Below are positions 59,728-64,000 of a DNA stretch of 64,000 nt, piece by piece (positions within the stretch are counted from its first letter, which is position 1; each line of letters begins with the position of its first letter). The notes below the pieces were generated by a model that searched no databases, was not told the origin of the DNA, and was given only the letters and a program-made list of their open reading frames with translations. A program made the translations under genes and the position numbers. The stretch comes from Thermodesulfobacteriota bacterium (GTDB lineage: Bacteria; Desulfobacterota; Desulfarculia; JACQYL01): the NCBI GenBank assembly GCA_963675595.2, contig CAXXLZ010000002.1, positions 2,496,001 to 2,560,000 of the forward strand, in the 5' to 3' direction.

Positions 59728-60237
59728 ATGAACGGACAAACACAACTGACCTGGGAGAGTTCGTCTCCCGACGAAACGGAGCGGTTTGGAGAAGCCCTCG
59801 GACGGCTTCTCGAGGCCGGCGACGTCGTCGCTCTCTGCGGCGATCTGGGCGGGGGGAAGACCACCATGACCCACGGCATCGCCCGCGGCCTGGAAGTCCC
59901 TTCCCGCTTCACCATACAAAGCCCCACTTTTTCCCTCGTGCATGAGTACCCCGGCCGGGTCCCCCTGATTCACATGGACTTGTATCGCATAGAAGGGGGG
60001 CCGGAAGGCGACGAACTCGGACTGGAAGAACTCCTTGAGTCGGACGGCGCGGCCGTGATTGAATGGGCCGATCGGCTTGGAGACGACCTGCCGGAAGACG
60101 CCCTCGTTGTGGAACTCATTAATGAAGGGGAATGTCAACGAAAGATATCGGTTACAGGGAGGACCGACCGGGCCCTGGGCATGATTCGGGCTCTGGCGGC
60201 GGAATTAACAAGAAGGAATCAAAGAAACGGGAGGTAG
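59728..60237 (+). CDS. tsaE: tRNA t6A biosynthesis ATPase
   Basis: GDLGGGKT, QSPTF, HMDLYR, VIEWA. Confidence 0.95.
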   Translation: MNGQTQLTWESSSPDETERFGEALGRLLEAGDVVALCGDLGGGKTTMTHGIARGLEVPSRFTIQSPTFSLVHEYPGRVPLIHMDLYRIEGGPEGDELGLEELLESDGAAVIEWADRLGDDLPEDALVVELINEGECQRKISVTGRTDRALGMIRALAAELTRRNQRNGR

Positions 60238-60243
60238 GGACGG

Positions 60244-61464
60244 TTGGCGCTAATTGTCCAAAAATACGGGGGAACTTCGGTCGGGAGCATCGAGAAGATC
60301 CGAAATATCGCCGTAAAGCTTAAGACTATCAAGGAACAGGGGCACGATCTCGTCGTGGTGCTCTCCGCCATGTCGGGCGAGACGGACCGGCTGATCCGGT
60401 TGGCCCAGGAAATCACCCCTACGCCGGACACACGTGAACTGGACTGTCTCTTAAGTATCGGGGAACAGACCACGGTTTCGCTCATGGCCGTTACTCTGAT
60501 CGACATGGGGATAGACGCCGTCTCACTGCTGGGCTTTCAGGCGAAAATCATTTCCGACGACGTCCACGGGAAGGCTCGAATCGAGGATGTGGACCCGGCG
60601 AGGATTCAAGAGGAACTCGCGCAAGGTCGGATCGTCGTGGTGGCCGGTTTCCAAGGCATCGATCCGAACGGAGATATCACCACGCTCGGCAGGGGCGGGT
60701 CGGATACCACCGCGGTGGCTCTGGCGGCGGCCTTGAAGGCGGATGTGTGCGAAATTTACACCGACGTTACGGGAGTCTTCACCACCGATCCCAACGTGGA
60801 AAAGCGGGCGCGAAAGCTGGATCGGATTTCCTATGAAGAAATGCTGGAAATGGCCAGCCTGGGGGCGAAAGTTCTGGAAATTCGTTCCGTCGAGCTTGCC
60901 GTAAACCATCAAGTCGTGCTGCATGTGCGGTCCACGTTTTCAGATGAAACGGGAACATTGGTGATGAAGGAGGAAGACATCATGGAGAAACGCGTGGTTT
61001 CCGGTGTGGCCTACCGAAAGGACGAGGCCAGGGTGACCTTGACCAAGGTTCCGGACAAGCCGGGCATAGCGCAAACCATATTCAAACCCATTTCCGACGC
61101 CAACATCGTGGTCGATATGATTATTCAGAACACGAGCGCCGACTGTCTGACGGATCTGACGTTTACGGTTCCCAAGAAGGACTTCGCGCGGACCATGGCG
61201 ATGCTGACCCCTACCGCAAAGGAAATCGGAGCGCAACAACTGTTGGGGGACGAGAACATCGCCAAGGTCTCCATCGTGGGTGCGGGCATGCAGAATCATC
61301 CCGGAGTCGCGGCCAAAATGTTTGCCGCTCTCGCGACCGCAGGCGTCAACATTCTGATGATAAGCACCAGCGAGATCAAGATATCATGTGTGATCGACGA
61401 GAATTACACTGAATTGGCCGTCAGAGCCCTGCACAAGGAATTCGGACTGGACAAGGTCGCGTGA
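60244..61464 (+). CDS. lysC: Aspartate kinase
   Basis: VQKYGGTSV, TLGRGGSDTTA, IYTDV, two ACT domains; RBS GGAGG with TTG start. Confidence 0.97.
   Translation: MALIVQKYGGTSVGSIEKIRNIAVKLKTIKEQGHDLVVVLSAMSGETDRLIRLAQEITPTPDTRELDCLLSIGEQTTVSLMAVTLIDMGIDAVSLLGFQAKIISDDVHGKARIEDVDPARIQEELAQGRIVVVAGFQGIDPNGDITTLGRGGSDTTAVALAAALKADVCEIYTDVTGVFTTDPNVEKRARKLDRISYEEMLEMASLGAKVLEIRSVELAVNHQVVLHVRSTFSDETGTLVMKEEDIMEKRVVSGVAYRKDEARVTLTKVPDKPGIAQTIFKPISDANIVVDMIIQNTSADCLTDLTFTVPKKDFARTMAMLTPTAKEIGAQQLLGDENIAKVSIVGAGMQNHPGVAAKMFAALATAGVNILMISTSEIKISCVIDENYTELAVRALHKEFGLDKVA
60982..61464 (+). CDS. Probable in-frame aspartate kinase beta subunit
   Basis: Internal AAGGAGG (60967-60973) 8 nt before an in-frame ATG at the kinase/ACT boundary. 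Confidence 0.6.
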   Translation: MEKRVVSGVAYRKDEARVTLTKVPDKPGIAQTIFKPISDANIVVDMIIQNTSADCLTDLTFTVPKKDFARTMAMLTPTAKEIGAQQLLGDENIAKVSIVGAGMQNHPGVAAKMFAALATAGVNILMISTSEIKISCVIDENYTELAVRALHKEFGLDKVA

Positions 61465-61722
61465 ATCGCATCCTTCATACGGGTTCACCGGCCGGGCGGT
61501 CGGAACGAAACCGTCGGCGGTCGACGTGATCGCTCCCCAATGAACAGCGGGGGCTTCCGACGAAGTCCCCGACTCCCCGCCGACTCCGCAAACGTGGTTC
61601 CACCCCGGCACCCTGTTGGGACGGTTCGACGAACCGCAAAGACCCGCCGCTTCGGCGGAAACCCTTAGGCCGAGATCCTGCGGATTCGCAGTGAATGCGA
61701 TCTTACGACATCCCGGACCGGC

Positions 61723-62298
61723 TCAACCGACTCCCTGAAGCGATTTGATCAGCACGCTGATATTTCGAACGAGATCACTCAGCCGGAACACCGCGTCGTT
61801 GATGGTCTTCAAAGTGGGGAAGATGGGGTCGGACTCGTTCATGTCCAACATGACAAGCTGTAGTTTTCCTGAAATGATGGTCAAAGGTTGATTGAGATCA
61901 TGGCCCGCCTTGCGGATGTGGTTCAATGTCTCATCGATCCGCGCCGCGAATTGCTGCTTCGTCGAGTCCGTGGAACCCTCCGAAGCACGGGAATCCAGGA
62001 AATGCGCCTTCATGGGCTTGCCGCCCACGGACACTTCCCTGGAAGTAACGGACACCGGGACCTGTCTTGCATCCAATGCTTGAACTTTTGCGCTCCAAAC
62101 TCCGGATCGATCGGAAATCGAAGCGGGGTCGGGCGGATAAGCGGTAAGTAGTTCCGTAACCGGAACCCCGGTTAGGTCTTCGGACTCGGTGGCTCCAAAC
62201 AGCTCCTGCGCCGGCTGATTGGCGAGCACAACATTGCCTTTTTCCTCAATCAGTACCGATAGGGGACAAGCATTCGCCAACATGGCTATTTCATTCAT
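61723..62298 (-). CDS. PAS plus HisKA (DHp) protein lacking an ATPase domain
   Basis: RBS GGAGGAG; VVLANQPAQELFG PAS; AGHDLNQPLT H-box; ends after the DHp helices. Confidence 0.75.
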   Translation of the reverse strand: MNEIAMLANACPLSVLIEEKGNVVLANQPAQELFGATESEDLTGVPVTELLTAYPPDPASISDRSGVWSAKVQALDARQVPVSVTSREVSVGGKPMKAHFLDSRASEGSTDSTKQQFAARIDETLNHIRKAGHDLNQPLTIISGKLQLVMLDMNESDPIFPTLKTINDAVFRLSDLVRNISVLIKSLQGVG

Positions 62299-62899
62299 CG
62301 CTCCGCTCCTCCGGCTTCACAGCCCCCATGAAGGCCGATCCACCGGCGATAATAAACAACCGTCAAGAAAGACTCGACCACCAAAGCAAATCGCTTTTCC
62401 GCCCGACCTTAAGCGCCGCCGACCGGTTGTCGTCAAGGTTTCACTTTCCGGTTTACCACCTTATCCCTGATCTCCGCAACATCCTTATCATAACAGGAAG
62501 TTAGAGTATGGAGAAACGAGAAAACCCACATTGTGATTTCTCAGCCGCCGGGAAGAAAGCCGAAATACGTTCAAGTCGGCCGAGTCCGGTTCGCCAAAGA
62601 TCCGTCCAACGTCGATTTGATCCGCCGAAAAGCCATCCATTCCCGTCGTCTTCTTGGCAGATCGGTCAAGATATGGAATCTCTTGAAGAAAAATGATTGT
62701 ATTGTATAACCATGCGGCATCCGATACAAGACGATTCACGCGCACGGGCCGGCAATCAGAAGTGAATTCGGGGTATTCAGGGTAGGAGGCGGGTTTCGCG
62801 ATTCCGAAATGGAGCGCCTTGCCTCCGAAGGTTACCGCCATTCCGTCTGCCGAGGTGAGTCGGCGAAGCCTTCACCATTGGCCGATATGTCGAGAGTCA

Positions 62900-63571
62900 A
62901 TGCATAATCCTCTGTTTCAGTTCGAAAATATTGCTTTGGGTTTCCGCGAGGACCGTCCTCTGTTCCGCGAAGTGAATCTGACTGTTGAACGCGGCGACCT
63001 GATCATTGTCCGAGGGGCTTCCGGTTCCGGCAAATCTTCCTTCCTCCGACTTCTCAACAGAATCCAGGAGCCCTCCGCAGGCCGCATTCTCTTCGAGGGG
63101 CGGTCCATCGAGGCTCCATCCGTGGCTTCCCTACGCCGCCGTGTAGCCTACATCCACCAAACCCCCGCACTGATTGAAGACACCATAGCGGCGAATCTAC
63201 TTCTCCCTTTTCGTTTCAAAGCATGCCGTGAAATACCGATACCCTCGAAGGATGACCTCCGAAGCCTGCTCGCGAGGTTCCTGTCGGCGGATCTGGCGTT
63301 GGACGAACCTGCCGGTACCCTATCTGTGGGACAAAAGCAACGCCTGTGCTTGATTCGTTCCCTGCTCCTCCGCCCGGAGGTTTTGCTGCCGGACGAACCC
63401 ACCTCCGCGCTGGACCCGGAGTCCGCCGCAATTGTCGAGCGGGAAATCCTTCGTGCCAACGTCGAGGACGGAGTAACCGTCGTTATGGCGACCCATCGTC
63501 CGTCGGCCGTCTATAGCTCGGATCGTATCCGCCACTGGCGCCTGCACAACCGTCGCATCGAGGAATGTTAG
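62900..63571 (+). CDS. ABC transporter ATP-binding protein (FetA/YbbL-like)
   Basis: GASGSGKS, LSVGQKQR, DEPTSALD, MATH. Confidence 0.88.
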   Translation: MHNPLFQFENIALGFREDRPLFREVNLTVERGDLIIVRGASGSGKSSFLRLLNRIQEPSAGRILFEGRSIEAPSVASLRRRVAYIHQTPALIEDTIAANLLLPFRFKACREIPIPSKDDLRSLLARFLSADLALDEPAGTLSVGQKQRLCLIRSLLLRPEVLLPDEPTSALDPESAAIVEREILRANVEDGVTVVMATHRPSAVYSSDRIRHWRLHNRRIEEC

Positions 63572-64000
63572 CCGTGGGAACCCTGGAGATCGGGACTTTT
63601 CAGCTTGTGTTGTGCCTCATTTTCGTGCTCATGTCCGGGTTGTGCTCGTTGCTCCTCAGTCTCAAACTCGAGCGGGATATTCTGGTGGGTACGGTGCGTA
63701 CCTTTGCCCAGCTTTTCCTCATGGGCTACACCCTCCGCTACGTTTTCGAGTTCAGCCGGGTTTGGGTCGTGCTCCTTCTGTTTTCGGGCATGATCGGTTT
63801 TGCCGCCTGGACCATCCGGGGCCGTGTAAAGGAACGCACCGTACCATTTTTTCGTCCCACGTTGATATCCATGCTCATCACCTACACGGCCGTGACGGCG
63901 GTGGTCACCGGAGTCATCGTCCAGGCTCGCCCCTGGTATCTTCCTCAATATTTCATTCCTCTGGGCGGCATGGTGGTGGGCAACTCCATGACCGCCATCG
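63565..64000 (+). CDS. FetB/YbbM-like ABC permease; 3' truncated by window edge
   Basis: Own translation: MLAVGTLEIG...LKLERDILVGTVRTFAQLFLMGY...PWYLPQYFIPLGGMVVGNSM. Confidence 0.85.
   Translation, partial: MLAVGTLEIGTFQLVLCLIFVLMSGLCSLLLSLKLERDILVGTVRTFAQLFLMGYTLRYVFEFSRVWVVLLLFSGMIGFAAWTIRGRVKERTVPFFRPTLISMLITYTAVTAVVTGVIVQARPWYLPQYFIPLGGMVVGNSMTAI

Noticed and set aside
63380-63400. Pro in the ABC Walker B motif (VLLPDE)
   Set aside because: A single CTG-to-CCG change with the catalytic DE intact; it cannot be told apart from a polymorphism or sequencing error.
1-64000. CRISPR array, rRNA or prophage genes
   Set aside because: No regularly spaced repeats, rRNA-like sequence or phage structural genes were seen.

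Overview
GC-rich chromosomal window from an anaerobic Gram-negative bacterium; gene content and order suggest Desulfobacterota/deltaproteobacteria. Left arm: an FAD oxidoreductase-cooF-cooS CO dehydrogenase cluster, radical SAM genes, an outer-membrane protein, an orphan ketosynthase/inactive-ketosynthase pair, an MCP, an RND pump, scpA-scpB-rluB and lpxA. Central accessory region (about 23-44 kb): three secreted proteins, two with FGE-sulfatase domains sharing a repeat domain I do not recognise; a FecR-OmpA-CHASE2/HD-GYP module broken by an IS1634 element; an APC-like transporter; and a 5.6-kb integrase-less island at tRNA-Met carrying a GxGYxYP-type protein, an IS21 remnant and a Tat-signal aspartate 4-decarboxylase. 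Right arm: cinA, a sugar kinase and nucleotidyltransferase, a PAS kinase, a TetR/DUF1847/acyl-CoA dehydrogenase/ETF cluster, pdxJ-nnr-tsaE-lysC and fetAB-like genes. Best lead: the 1105-aa secreted C13-peptidase/FGE-domain ORF stops at an in-frame TGA inside the conserved C-terminal motif. The motif resumes after the TGA, and a hairpin with a GGUC loop sits 19 nt downstream, so this may be an unannotated secreted selenoprotein. All family calls come from motif recognition by eye; no database searches were run.
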